The notes beneath the pieces are model-generated. The model did not search any database. It was not told where the DNA came from and saw only the letters and a list, made by a program, of their open reading frames with translations. Source: Fimicolochytrium jonesii (taxonomy: Eukaryota). Taken from it: a stretch of 64,000 nt of DNA. Made by a program: the position numbers and the translations under genes. Numbering within the stretch: the stretch's first letter is position 1; every line of letters starts with the position of its first letter. Positions 16,073-29,875 of this stretch are shown in pieces. The DNA is taken from contig NW_026515668.1 in the NCBI RefSeq assembly GCF_025526975.1, positions 1,984,001-2,048,000 on the forward strand. Direction: 5' to 3'.

Positions 16073-16650
16073 TCAGCAGGCCCCCCCACGTAGGGCTAGC
16101 ACCAAGTGTAGCACAGATCCTGCTTCTATTGTGTAGTCTGAGGCGGATTTATCGTCGGCCCTGTAACATAGTTTGGAGTCAGTGGCAAGCATTCGCGGCG
16201 AGGCATTGAAGAAATAGGAGGGCGCTCTCTCCCCGAAAACGTACATCTGCTTTCCTCCGAAAATCAAACGCTGTTGCGCCGGCGGGATGCCTTCCTTCTC
16301 TTCTACGCGCTCCTTGATTCGGGTGATCTGCCGATTCCCCTGGTCAGTAAAGGCACGTCCACACAAGCTCAAACAAATGTACCAACAAGATACCTTGTCA
16401 TTTGGCTCGATATCAATCTCAATCTGTCAACAAGGAAACCGTCATAGATTAAGTGAATATTTTATTTCGTTCGAAACGTCGGACTTGGCCACCGTGGTGC
16501 CCTCGAACCCAGTCGTGCTCAGCTTACCTCCTTGCCGGTGAGTGTCTGCAAGCAACGAAAAGGGGATCAGCGCCGCTTCCGTGTTGTCGGCTCGGTGAAG
16601 GCTTGAAGGGCCCATGGTCTTTGTTTGCTTACCTTGACCTTGATCAGCAT
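16073..16650 (-). CDS. NEDD8: NEDD8/Rub1 ubiquitin-like modifier, 5 exons
   Basis: Spliced [54 protein letters not shown]...[13 protein letters not shown] with the NEDD8-specific Ala72. Confidence 0.97.
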
Positions 16651-19385
16651 GGTGGCGGTTGTGTTTTTCGGGACAGAAATGTGTTTGAGGGAAAGTGATA
16701 GAAAGTGGGTTGTGAACTTGTGAGGTGATGGGCGACGACGACGCGGCTTGACAAGTTGACAGGTTCGATCTCGAGACGGGTTTGGCCTTCGGACTGGTTT
16801 GACTTTCCCACACTTCCATCGCCACCACCGCCATCACGGCCCTAAAGCCATCCGCACACGGACCAACAACGGCGTCTCCTCATACGCCGTTGGAGGTCGG
16901 CGGTCGGACGTCGCTGGACATTGCTCAACTCAGTGACTATTCGATGTCGGAAGCACCACGGAGAAACAAAGATGTGCGCTGTCACGGGGGTTATCTACTC
17001 GTCATTCACTCGTCGTTACAAGCAGCACCGCCAAGGAGCACACGCTTCTCATTCAAGCAAGCAACCACCTGTAACTCACAATAGCGACTTTCGACTTTCG
17101 GCGAGCCTCAGCGCTTTCGTCTTTCGGGACGGAGACGGGAAACTCAGCCGTCTGAAAACCACTCGAGCAGTCACCAAGGACAGAGTAGGTACTAGGAACC
17201 CTTCTGCTACGCATTGAAGCGGGTAGAGGAACAATGAAATATAGACGGAGTTCGAGGCGGTAAAGGTATTGCTAGATAGGGGCCGCTGCGCCAGCCATGG
17301 AGCAGGAGAAGAAACCCTCGGGCGGAAAACCCAACGGGACGGAATGAGCTTGTTCACTTCGAATTCATTGCAAGTCGGGAAATCAGACCCAGAATCCATA
17401 CTCCATAGCTCTCGGCCGAGGCCGATGTCTGCTACAAAGCTTGGGGGTGACGCCGTTTGAAATGCCGATTGGAATGCCAGGCGCTCGTATACACATATCC
17501 ATCTCGTCGCGATAACATTGACCACAAGACCACAAGCCTGCGCCCATGAATCAACTGTGAAGATCTTGGAATGAAACAAGCGGATCCTACGTAGATATGC
17601 AAAAGCCACGTTGCATCCCAAAACCCTCGCAACGAATTCGTCAGTATCATTCACAAATGCGTACTGGTAGCAAACATCGCCAGGCGAAGGCGATGTGCAT
17701 GCCTGTCCAGCCAGCCAAGATCAGAGTATCGGCGGGGTCGTCCACCGTCGTTCGCGAGCCACAAATCGGACCGTATATCACATCGTTCCTCCTTAGTGTT
17801 CGCGTGCAGATCGGCCTTGTGCTGATTGAAGTTATAAAGGCAGAATTCATGCCAGGTACGGTTTGCCGCTTCAAACACGTGCATGCGGAAGGTATCCAAA
17901 AACGTCTTCGGCAACACACGACCACCGCACAACCGCTTTGCAAGTTTCGCTTCGACCAGCTGAATGCGAATTCGCGTTGCGTAGAACGCTCTGCCGGTGG
18001 AGAAAATCGCTGCACACGCTTGAAGCACTACACCTAGCTGGGGCGAAACATTCGAGGGAGCGCGTCTGGGTAGCGTGCATCAAAACGACGAAGTGGTCTC
18101 CGTATGCGGTTTAGATATCCGAAAACCATTGAATGGCTGCCGAGGCCTCAATGAATCAGCAACACACCATGCCAACGTTATCCAATGTGACAACCTCAGT
18201 CAGTGTGCTCCATCCGACACCGCTGACCCAGCGACAACATCCGCCCAAGTTGGCCGATAGGCTAGGATGAAGCATACTCAACGATAGTTGATGGTTCGCC
18301 CAACGATTTCCTCCGCCCATCTTCCTTCGAACAAACTCAGCACGCTGTCTTCGATCAGCGGGCGAAGGTATCGCAATAGTTCTGCCTTGCTTGCCGAGAC
18401 ACCGCTCGCCCCGTCAGTTCGTTCCAGCACGACTGCTGAAAAAGTGCGGACCCTGTATCTTGAGTGCCATACGTCATCTCCTCGTTCCTCGTGCGGTCCT
18501 CCTCTGCCTTCACAGCAGGCTGCCCTCGCACGAGATAGTTCAGTATGCCGTCCATAACTGTCATTGTCGTCGGGATGGTTCTATTTGTTTTTCGCAGTCG
18601 AGTGCAAAAAAAGGTTTCTGACTCTCTTGGCTCGGACTTCAGACTTGCCCAGCTCTTGCATCGGGAAAGAGGGCCCGGGCGTCGCTCTGAATATACTGCA
18701 ACTATTTCGCCGACTCCGTGCAGTAGATTGTAAAGATGGTGTGCTGCACCTCGCAGAATAGAGCCTAGGCTTCTACACATTGACCAAGAGCGTGAGGTCA
18801 CGTGCATTGTCCTGCCTAGATCGAGATTCTCGCCGCATCAAGCCTCTTTACACCGCTCATATGACATGACATCATACATAGAAGATGAAACATGAGATCG
18901 GAACATGTTGGCCTCGCCATTTGCGCAGTCGTTATACAACAAGGCGCAAATTCCCACTTATCCCGCTGATCTTCCCCATTTCACCGAGATCCAGTTGAGA
19001 ACGTTTTTTTTTTACATTTTGATTCTCATCCAAAAGACCGACATGCAGAAACAAAAAAAGTAAAGATATGATGACAGACTCATATAAATCGAAAGCGATA
19101 TCGCATAAATCACACATGGGTTGATCGTAAACTAAAGAGAAGGGATCATATGCATCCCTACCGAAGAGAAAAAAACGAACGGGAACGTTCGGTCGGGACA
19201 GATTGATAAGTCGGTTCAGTCACCCTTTCCTCCAGCCGATGCTTCTCCCGTACCCTCCTGCAAAATTTGGGGACAATACTCGTGTACAAATATGATGCCT
19301 CGCCCAGCTGCCCGCTTTGTCGTCCAATCCGAACATTGGTTGTCAAGGCATCGAGCGCATGCATCGCTTCGCTCCTCCGACGCTT

Positions 19386-21109
19386 CTAACCCTCAACCTC
19401 GATCGGTCCCTGCGATCCTTTGCTGTCTCGTGCCAACTTCTCCCGCTTGACCCGTCTGCCACCGCTGCTTGACGCTTCCACACCGCCGCGGTCAAATTCC
19501 TCAACTTCGGCTCCTTCACGGAGCATATCGCCGCCACCGACGTTTCCGCTCTTGGAAGGTTGGCCATCGGACGCAGGCGCGTTGCCCTGACCCAGTGCAA
19601 CCAGGATACTAGCAGCTTCGAGCAATTGCACTTGTTGATGTTTGCTCATCGAGAATTGTGAAGCGAAGGCCCAGTACTCGGTGTGCTCCCACTTGTGCTT
19701 GTGAAGACAGTTGGCGTGCTTGTAGGTCTTGTGGCATGTCGGACACTCGTAAGTTTTGACTCCTGCGGCGTTGATGGATACGGAGGCCTGCTTGCCAGCG
19801 ACTGACTCGTCCTCCACCATCATTATTGAGCGTTTGCGTGGGTGCGACTTCTTTGAGGGTGGAGGAGGGGCTGATGCTTCCAGCGGGGCAGAGCCAGATG
19901 ACGTCCGGTTGCCTCGCCGACCCTTGGAAGGCGCCGCAGACCGCTCGGGAATCGGTGCCATGTCGGTATCCATTTTCACGTCTCGCTCGGGCTCCGCATA
20001 CGTGGCTTCCATATCGGAAGGGCTTGCTCTCCGTGTATGTTCCGGGTAAGACTGATATCTACCCTCTTTCAAGTGAGAAGGAGAGGTGGTCGCATCATGG
20101 GAGACGGAGTAAGGATGACGAGGTTGATAGTACGAAGAGCCGCCGCGAGGGATCTCACGAGGTTGTGATGCCGGCCCATGGTTTGAGCCATACTGGTAAT
20201 CTCTGGCAGACATGTGCGACTGTTGTTCATGGGCAGAGGAGCTCTCGCCGCTGTGCATCCGAGGCCGATCTAGCGACATGGTCTCACGGCCATCCTGATG
20301 GGCATAGTCGATTCGGCCCATGCTGTTGAACTGAGGATCATAGGGGTTCATGCCAGAGATGGTGGCGTGTAGGCTTTGAATGGACGGGAGTGTTTGCGCG
20401 GGTGGTGGTGTGGGCGGCGGCGAGGCGAACGACTGATCATGACCAGCCAATGCAGCTGCCAACGATGGGAGTTTCTAGAAGAGGGTATGTGACGTTGAGA
20501 TGGTAGTCCCGAAAACAATGAGAATACAATGTCGCATGCTTACATGGCTGTTTTTGGGTGGCGCAGAGTGATGAGATCCAGATGCTATTGGTGCCATGGT
20601 GACATGGCTTCCATGGTGAGACGAAGGAGCAGTGTATGATGGCGGTCCCATCGGAGGAGGAGGGCCTGGTGCATATTGCGCTGCAGGGCCGTGTCTTGAT
20701 GACTCATATGCAGATGTATGAGCGATATGGCCGGTACTCGCAGAAGCTGTCGGATGCGGAGCCTGGTGCGGAGCCTGATGCTGAAGGGACGTTAACAAAG
20801 AATTTAGCCGAAAGCTAAACGGCAACAAGCGTAAGGAGCGACATGAACCTCTCGTACCTGTCCGCCTTGCATAGGGTAATTCTGTGCGGAATAGTAGGCA
20901 GAATTGTGGTACGGCTGTGGTGCCTGTCCATGAGCAGGCTGAGGAGGGTACTGATATGGAGCCGACGACGGGCCCGAGGGTGGAGGAGGTGGAGGCAGCG
21001 GCTGGCTGTGCCCCTCTCCGCCCATGTGGTGAGGAGGGTAAGGCGCTCTTGGAGGGTTCGACGATGAGCCGGACTCCGCAGGATAGTTCCAATACTGATA
21101 TGCTGACAT
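19386..21109 (-). CDS. Fungal single C2H2 zinc-finger protein with Pro/His/Gln-rich N-terminus, 3 coding exons
   Basis: YECPTCHKTYKHANCLHKHKWEH followed by the conserved fungal motif SKHQQVQLLEAASILV. Confidence 0.85.
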
Positions 21110-22963
21110 ATTTCTGCCAAAGGGAAACACAGAAAGGTCAGTAAGGCGCAGAAGAGATAAGGTATTATGGTGAAAGGCTAGCTAGAGCGGGACACTTACT
21201 AAGCTTCTCGAATATTGGATGGAAACTACGGCTGATGAGTAGACTCTGTGGTAAGGCCGGTGGTAAGCTGTGTGAGTGGGCGGCGTGGGAGTAAAAGCGC
21301 AAAGCTGCGAGCCAGTGCAACGTGAGAAAAAGACTGGGATTCTGCGGAAATGGTGGCGAGGGCCGCCAACCGCTCCATCTCTGCCAGTAGGTGGTGCAAA
21401 GGGAAAAGAGAACCGGAGGGGAGGCACAGAGTACATACCGGAACTTTCTTTAACGACGGTTGACGGACTAGCTGGTCTCACGGATTACTCTCGCTCGAGC
21501 GACGGAAGGAGGACGGCAAAGAGACTTGTGGATGGCCTCCTGAGGAAGCGAAGGGCACAGACACTGAGGATAGCTAGCCAAACAACCACTCTTTCGGGGG
21601 GCAGGGTTCAGTGTGTTGCAGCCGACGAAAGAGTAAGGGTGGTGGGGGATTACGGGCGAGGAAGGAAGCGGGTGGTGTATGTTTTCCGTCTCTCTGGGGG
21701 GGGATAATACGAGGGCCTAAGTAAAAGTTTGTAACGGGCCGGAGGGGGGGCGACAGGCAGCCAAAAGTTGTGGATCCAGCAAATAACCACCAGCGTCGTA
21801 TGGAGTCAGAGTGAGGGCACCGACTGCCAGTTCGGTGATTGCGCTCTCAAGGCTGATGAGATGATGGCCCGTGGGATGGGAATTCCAAAGCCTTCACAGC
21901 AGCAAAAGGGCTCGCCCCCCGTATACTGGTACAACAATTCCTTACGATTTTGTGTGTTGCCCCCCCCCCTAAACTGACGGCGCGAAATCGGGCAGATAAT
22001 CAGCCGAGAAGCTTGATGAAGGCCAAACTTTTTTTTGAATAGCGCGACCAGGCTGCCGGAACACTGGGTTCTGGGGGACATGGATTTTATCCTGTCCGGA
22101 TGATCGGCGCACTCGGGGGGTGTTTTCTGTGACACCATTATTAGTGGCAGCTTGAATTTCATCACAATCATAATTGTTTGTGCACCCTATATGTGCGGCG
22201 AGTATATTAGAGCAACGCGCGAAGGCTGTGAAGCCCCGTTACCACGGACTCATCACCGTCCGTCCTTTCATGCCCACACGGCAAATGCCCAAATCCAGTT
22301 TCTCCTCATGCCTGCATGCAGGCTGCAATGGCCGCCATACATATGCCAATAGCCATACTCTCATCTAGATATACACCACTTCGAACCTCCAGGCTTGCTT
22401 TGGAGCCACAGACGAAGGAGATACGGCGAGAAAGGGGAGCAAGACGCTCCATTAATGAATGCTAGTAAATGCATAAGCAGTCAACGGAACGACGTTTCGG
22501 AGGGGAGTTGGCGGGCGGTGGTTGTGTCATGGTGACTCTTCTGGGGACTGTGGGGAGGATTACGAAGCCCTTGGAGCCCGAGTCGGTCAAGAAAGAGAGG
22601 AAGTCACCGCAGAGTCACCGTCAAAAAAGTTCCAAAAGCACACCCGTGCCAAAAACATGCTCAAGCTTACAAGGCTTACTCACCTACAGAGCTTCCAGTA
22701 TTTTTGGACCACCTCAAAACTCTGAAATTGTTCTGGGATACCAATTCAAGGACCCCCAACAGTTTTTCTCTCTTGCACTGGAATAAAAAACCGCTCGTGG
22801 TTATTACAAGCAAAGTCGCTTGCAAGTTAGTCGAGCTTGCCACGTCTACTTCCATAGCGCTTTTCCCGTTGGCCTCACCTGGGCCTCACCTGGCATTTTC
22901 CGGGTCTTCCATCGTGACACTTCCTTGAAGTCGGAAGTGAAGGTCGGAAACCCCTCGTAAGCG

Positions 22964-25900
22964 ATGGGGCAAATGGCGACAGACGAGCCACCTGCCAATC
23001 CCGGCGCACTCTTGAAAGGCTCAACATCGAACCTCAAGCACAATGCGTCGGACTCCGCCACCACAGCTCTCGACATGCAGCCCCCAAGCTTTGCAGCCTG
23101 GTCCCCCGGCCCTTTTATGACCGAAGTCAACGACGAGCAGAGCCTTCATAAGAAGGTTGTGGAATTCATAACGAAGATGACCCACGTAGTTTTGAGGTCA
23201 AGGATTGGCCCTCTCGACCAGCTGCAGCCTCCCGCTCCATCAGCAAACTTCCGCGAACAGTTGGCATATATCGACGGCAATGCTCTTCTTGGACATACTG
23301 ACTTCTGGCGGAATACCATGCCCGTCAACCTGGATATCTTCATAAACGATACGAAAGTGCTTCTGGAGAGATGGGTCATTTCCCATGAGTCTTTCCCGGA
23401 CTTGGCGAAGCCTCACGAAGAAAGGTTCTCTTTGAAGAAAGCGGACTTGACGGACCTCATGCTTTTGGTGCAATCGCTGTATTCATATATCCGGCTGATG
23501 CCTTTGCACGCTATTCTGGCGGATAGCGTGCAACTCGAGAAGCGGGATCTCAGATACTGCGTTTCCACGGCGGATGGATGCTCGTTTTCGCCGAGCTTTG
23601 ACCAAAATGGGCACATTCATTCGGCACTTCTCAAAGTTCTCGGGAAAGCGGCAGACGCAAACGGTGGAGACAGCGGAGATGACTCCTCCGGCACCGGTCG
23701 GTCGTCCAGGTTGGGTTCTGTCATGTCGTCGCCGCAAACGACATTGCCGTCGGTGGAAGAAGACTGGATGACTTCAAATTACAGGAGATCGGAATCATCG
23801 GACTACTTTGGCACTGGGTCCTGCCACAGCTCTGCAGCTTCGTCATCCCCTCCCTCGTCTCCCTCCGCTTTTGTGCCCGTCGCATTTGACATGTCTGCGA
23901 AGCTCAAAGTGTACAAATTCAAAGCAGCCTCCACCAACCGAGGGAGATTGCATCTGTCGGTCGTATACGACTCGAGCGTTGGCGGGCTTGTCACTCCGAC
24001 CTTGACATCGTCCAGGTTGGGTACAAGCCCGGTCAAGGCGTCCCCAACGAAGCCACTCATGAAGGCGAAGGAATCCGCTGCAGACAACAGTAACGCTCAG
24101 GTTTGATTGCGATTACCACCGTCTTTCCATTCCCCTGTTACTTTTCACATGTTGCTAAATCGTCATATACCCTACGAATCCAGCAATCAACGGATAAGGA
24201 TCTGTTTCATCAAGTGAAGCCGTCACGCCCAGCTTCTGCACCTGTCAGCGGATCCCGACGGAGTTCTGCGTCGTTAGGAAGTCCCTTTCCCAGTCCAACG
24301 ATGCAGAAACGCGTTGCTCGGGTCTCGCAGTGGAAACTAGCTTCCCTTGAGCGGGCAAAATCGAGTTCCGCGAGCGGGCTGGGTGGCAATGACGCCAATG
24401 GAGGCAATTGCAGCTCCAATGGTATACATACCTCGACCCCCTTCTTGCCTTCGAACATGCATGAAGATCCGTTCAAATTGCCGGAGGCACACAATCGAGA
24501 ATCCATCTCTCGTGAATATGTCTCAGATGTTCATGCAAATGGGTCATCCGGGCCCGTTGGCATCCCATTTGGGCAGACGATGCCCCCGATGCCGCCGCTC
24601 CTCACGTCGTCAATTAACGCAGCAGCCACATCTCCTGCTGACAAGATGATGACTGATCTAAATGCAACATCTCCTTTCACATCAGCTACTTTCGATAGGC
24701 ATCCTCGGCAGCCTAGGCCTGACCTTCAGTTGGTGATTCCTCCCCTTCAAGCCGACTTTCCTCTTGGCGGAGACCAGCCGGACCATGGCCGTCGGGATTT
24801 TCATGGAGATCGTCAGCGCCACCATCACAGGCAACATCACCGTCACGGCAATACCCATTCCCATCATGCTCACCAATCATCGACGCATCATGGACATCCT
24901 CACACCGCCCATCATTCGCATCACCACCACAGTTCCCGCCGCTCAAGCATGGATCTCTCACCATCAGCCACCACAACCATCCGGTCCATCAATATCCCGC
25001 TCAACCCCTCCCCATTTGACAGGGACCATTTCTTCACCACAATGGCAATGATCAGCACGGCCGCGCAAGCTATATCCCCCACCGCCTCATTGATCAAAAC
25101 CCCATCGGACCTGCACGGCTCGCTGGTCGGGTCTTACGAGGAATCCATTCTAACCGGCCGGATGTCCTCCTTACCATCCAAACCCATCCTGTTCCTCGCT
25201 GAAATTGGGGTTGTGGGTCATGGAAAGTGCCCACCGGGATTGAGGTGCCCGCCGCATGTGTCTGCGCCGTTCAACGCGTTCTACTATGAGGTTGGGGAAG
25301 AGGAGAGCGTCACACCTTATGTCGGATGTGTGGACGTTGCCGCTGCTGCTTCTGCCAGCGCCAATGCATTGCAAGAAGCAGCATCAAGGGATGCAATGGG
25401 GATCGACGTCGCTGGTGTGTCGAATCGTCACAACGGCGACAACCCAAGACGACCCAAAAGGGATGGATACCGCATTCCGCCGAAAGGACAGCTTCAGATC
25501 GTGATCAAGAACCCGTCGCGCACGGCCATCAAGTTGTTCTTGCTACCGTATGATTTCCGCGATATGCCGCCGAACAGTAAGACGATCCTAAGGCAAAAAT
25601 CTTACTCGTTCTCCGGCACGCCTGGGACAAGCACGAGTTCGGTTCCTAGCACGCCTATTTCCCACCAGAAAAGCGGTACGGCGTCAGTTTCGACTACGAC
25701 AACCGCAGCGGGAGTTCGCCACCACTCCAAGGACCCTTTTGAATCCACGAATACCCATCTTGCACCCCACAGCACAGAAGCTAAACCACCGCGCCCGCAC
25801 TCCGCCTCCGTGACACCCACCCACCACGCCAAACCACCCATCCACCCCTCCACGACTCCATCCACAACCACCACCCCGTCGCCAGCAAAACAACACCTCC

Positions 25901-26076
25901 GCTACGCAATCCACATCCCCATCTTCCGCACCGCCAAAAGCGTCTACATCGGCCCGACTCTCCGCGTCGTCTTCTCCCACCGCGCGGTCGACGGCGACGA
26001 GAAGGTGGTGGTTGTCAGTGAAGGGTTTGGCACCGGCGAGGGACGATATGTCGCTTTTGGGGCGGGCTTCAGGTGA
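22964..26076 (+). CDS. Atos/FAM214 family protein (DUF4210 + Chromosome_seg) with N-terminal Atg13-like HORMA domain; intron about 24101-24184
   Basis: LVGSYEESILTGRMS, CPPHV, GYRIPPKGQLQIVIKNPSRTAIKLFLLPYDFRDMP, LRQK, LRYAIH. N-terminus has VVLRSRI, LLERWVI, LVQSLYSYIRLMP, GRLHLSVVY. Confidence 0.85.
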
Positions 26077-27325
26077 TGAACTGCCTGAGACTCGTTTCGC
26101 GCTTTTCTCTCACATTCGGCAAGGATACTTTGCCTTATACCACTCCTCCATCCGTCTCATTGCCCACGCCTTTCAGACCTGCTTCCCCCGGTCTTTCGGA
26201 AATCATCGCATACACCTCTTTTTGTCTTTTTTGGTCCCCAACACCGTTTTTGCACGCATCTTTCGCTTTCTGTCACAAACCCTCCTCGCACTCCACACCA
26301 CACACGCTTTTTCTGGTTCCACCATATCACTGCTACCGACTTCGATGTCTTCTCTCACACCTATTCACTACACCGACGCGTGCGAGACTGCTTTTCGGAA
26401 CTCGCGTTTTTTTGTTACCTCATCGTCTCGATATCCCTTCCCTCTCCATCCCCCCGAAGTCTCCATTTGTATCGTGGTTTCTTGGCTTCCCCATCACTCC
26501 CCCTTCTCTGATTCTTGATGAGAAGGCTTTTTTTTCCTGAAATCAATACCCAACCAATACCCCTGAGCCAGGACGCGAGACGTCCTATTGCCCAGAGCAT
26601 AGCCCGTTCTTCATATTCGGAAGGGAAGGAGACGGCATGGCGCGCAAGCGACGGGAGGCTGCGGATGCTAGAAACTCGAAAAACATTCTGCAAAACATTT
26701 GGAAAAGCTCGGGATCTACAATGAAGGCTTTGGATTCAACGATCGCAACCCAAACTGCCAATTGGCATCATGAAATAGGATGAAAGGAGAGCAGGTCTTG
26801 GACGAGAAGGAAGAGGTAAATAGATGAGAGCTGAGTTGGGTTATCTGCCATTGTGGGTCGCGAGTACGACTTTCGAATGTCGCTCCGACGCGTTATGCAA
26901 GGACGGCGACGCTCAGAGCGTGACAGCAGCTACGGCCCCATCGCTCAGAGCGTAGTCTTCTGCTATTCTACTTCTGCTTTCTCTTGGAACCAACTCCAGA
27001 TCCAGCAGAGGGCCACATGGTGAGCCAGTTGTTCTGCGTCCCCAGTATTTTTTTGGCATTGGTGCCAAACTTTTTTTCAAAGAGCTGATTATCGAGGGAA
27101 AATGGATCCAACATAGGGTCTGTGGATTTGACGAGTCTCTTCCGGTTCATATTTTTATCTCAAGATTTTGCAGTCCGTAGTCCAGAGGGAGCAGGATAGT
27201 CTGTTCGAAAATGCGGCGTGTGACCATAACACGTCCGCATGGTTTTTAGGAACGCAAGCCAAAAGCAAAACAGTCATCCACCCCTCCTCCACCCACCCTC
27301 TTCCAAACTTCTGTTCCCAACACTA

Positions 27326-29875
27326 TCATCCACCTTCCTCACTACTATCCCCCCCATCCCACCCGCTCCTCACCCTCCCCTCACTGCCCACACTTTCCAC
27401 ACCTCCACCCCCATCCCTCCGCCGACTCCCCTTCCTCTTCCGATGCCTCCTCCGCTCCCTCTCCCTCCGTCTCTCCTCGCGATCCTCGATCCGGTCCAGT
27501 AGTGTGTGGAAGCCTTGTAGTGAGGACTGCATGATGTCGACAAGGGTGGCGAGTTGCGATTGCAAGGTGGAGTTTTGGAGGTGGGCGTTTTGGAGGTGGC
27601 TCGGGTTTGGCGTTGGGGGGGTTGTTGGTCGTGGGGCCTTTGATGAGCGGGTGGGGGCGGAATGGGAATGTGGTTGGGGATTGGAGGTGGGCAGTGGGGA
27701 TTTGCTTCTGGTGGGTTTTTTTGGCTCGCATGGGGGCAGAGGTGTGGTATCCGTTTGAACTGGAATGCGATGTGCTTGCCGTCGGGCTTCTGGAGGTGAT
27801 ACGACTGGTTCTGTGATACTTGGCTGGTTCATTGTCTTCTTTCGTGGCTCGACTCTCGGTCGTCTGTCCTCGTCAAGAACGGTAGCCACGCTCGCCCTCC
27901 CAAAATCCTGATACCCTTCCTCGACCGGAGTTTCCTTTCCACTTCGCAAGTCACGGACATGCGCATCGCCGGCATCATCGTTTTTCCTTTCGAGAATGAC
28001 CCTCTCCAGATCTTTCAACCGTCGCCTCAACATCGCGTTTTGACGGAGCAAATTGGGTTGATCGGCCTCCAGATCGACCTGCAAGGTATGTAGAGGAGCG
28101 TTTCGCCCACTATGCGGGGACGTAGTGGGTGCCGCCGATCTTGGGTGCGCAAGCGACTCACTCTTCCTATTCGAGGGTCGTTTCGCGTCGTTCAAGTGCC
28201 TCTCATACTTTGTAACCGCTGCTGGGCCGACTTTGAATGGTGGCCTTTCGCGCAATGAATTGCTGTTCCCTGAATGGGCACCTTTCGAACCGACATCGCC
28301 GCTCTTCGTCCCGCGTGGCCGCGGCTTGGGCGTGATGCGGGATTTCGGGGCGATGTATGTGTTCCGCAGTGGATCGAGAGGGTCGAGGTATTGGAGAGAG
28401 AGCTGCGCTCATATGCGACCATAAGCAATGAGTAAGGATGGAGTGCGGTGTCAAGCCCAGAGAATGAGTATGCAATACCTTTCCAGAGGGATCCAGAGGG
28501 CTTCTGGCGAGATAATCTGGCGACGGCCCTCCGTTGGACTGGAGAAAACGGAAGAGGGTGTCGAGGGTGTCGTTTTCTGTGAAGAATCTTGGAATGAGTG
28601 CTGCCTTCCGCGTATATCGTGGCCTGGGCTTCACCTTTTCGTTACTCACCAACGTCGTTGGAGCCCAAATCCACAATCTTCAGCTCCTTGTTCAAATGTA
28701 ATACTTGTTGCACGATGCCTGCACCGATGCCTGAGATGCCATTGAACTGAAGGTCCAATGCTGCGTATTAAAAACAGTAAGCAGCGAAAACTTGTCCGGT
28801 ATGCTGACAAAAATTCCCACCTTCCAATCCGATCTCCTCCACAAGCGCTTCCATTAAATAATGGACGCCATTATCGCCCAACTGATTGTGACACAGCGTC
28901 AGCCGTTTGATCGGACTAGGCAGTCCACTAGCAAAAGCCGGAGTCGGATCTGAAACTCCTCCATCATTTGCTGACGTTGTCCGCACTCGAGGACGATGAT
29001 CGCGCTTTGATGGACCGCCGCGCAATGTACACTCCCAGATGGCGGCTTGACGGCGCACAGCCTTGCTATTCAGGAGGTTGCGCAGGACGGCGGCGCCCCA
29101 GCATGTCAGAGAGCAATCGCCGAAGTTGAGAGAGGTGAGGGCAGGGAGGGATTTGAGCGATGTTGCGATTGCTGGAATTGACAGATTAGAAGATGTTGGA
29201 TGGAATGTAGCATCTTGAACATACCGAAGAGGCCTTTATCGCCGATGCCACATCGCGCTAATGACAGTTGCTGTAATGTCCGTCCATGTAGCAAACCCTT
29301 TGAGGTTTGTGCGGGTCAGATTCTTATGCACACATTAAGCCTCTTTAAAAAGGAGGGGAACGAACCTGGGCCAATGTTTGCAAGGCACTCAGGGTAAACG
29401 GGATTCCCGCCAGCTCCAGCTCCGTCAATACAGGGTTGACAACGAGACATCCTTTAACGGAACTACGAGATATGAGTCCACCGTAAACCGATACGAACCC
29501 CTGTTGAACGGAGAACTCACCTGGCTAGGTACTTGGGGATCTTCTCGTTCGCCAACAACGCGGGCAAAGCCTTACTGACTTTCTTTTGCTTTTCGGCATC
29601 GGCTCTAGACTGGATCGTGCTCCTATGGGCTTCGTGGGAAGGGGCAGAACGTTGAGTTCGTGAGCAGAAACGCGTAGGAAACCGCAAGATGCCTCTCGTC
29701 AGAGTGGGTCCCCACCTGCGCTCCACTCCTTGTGTCCCTTTGAGACTATGCGGACCTTATAGACCTGTACGTTCTGACGCAATGCGAGCAGCAGCTGGCC
29801 CCAGTCCTCTGGCCTCCGCACAGCGTCACCGTCGAGGGACAGCTTGTCGAGCCTCCTCGCCTGCCTTGTAGCCAT
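27326..29875 (-). CDS. CEP78: CEP78-like centriolar LRR protein with coiled-coil and low-complexity C-terminus, multi-exon (start uncertain)
   Basis: RNI-like LRRs (LQQLSLARCGIGDKG, IKRLTLCHNQLGDNGVHYLMEALVEEIGL, LDLQFNGIS) plus the CEP78-type RRQAAIWECTLR motif. Confidence 0.65.
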
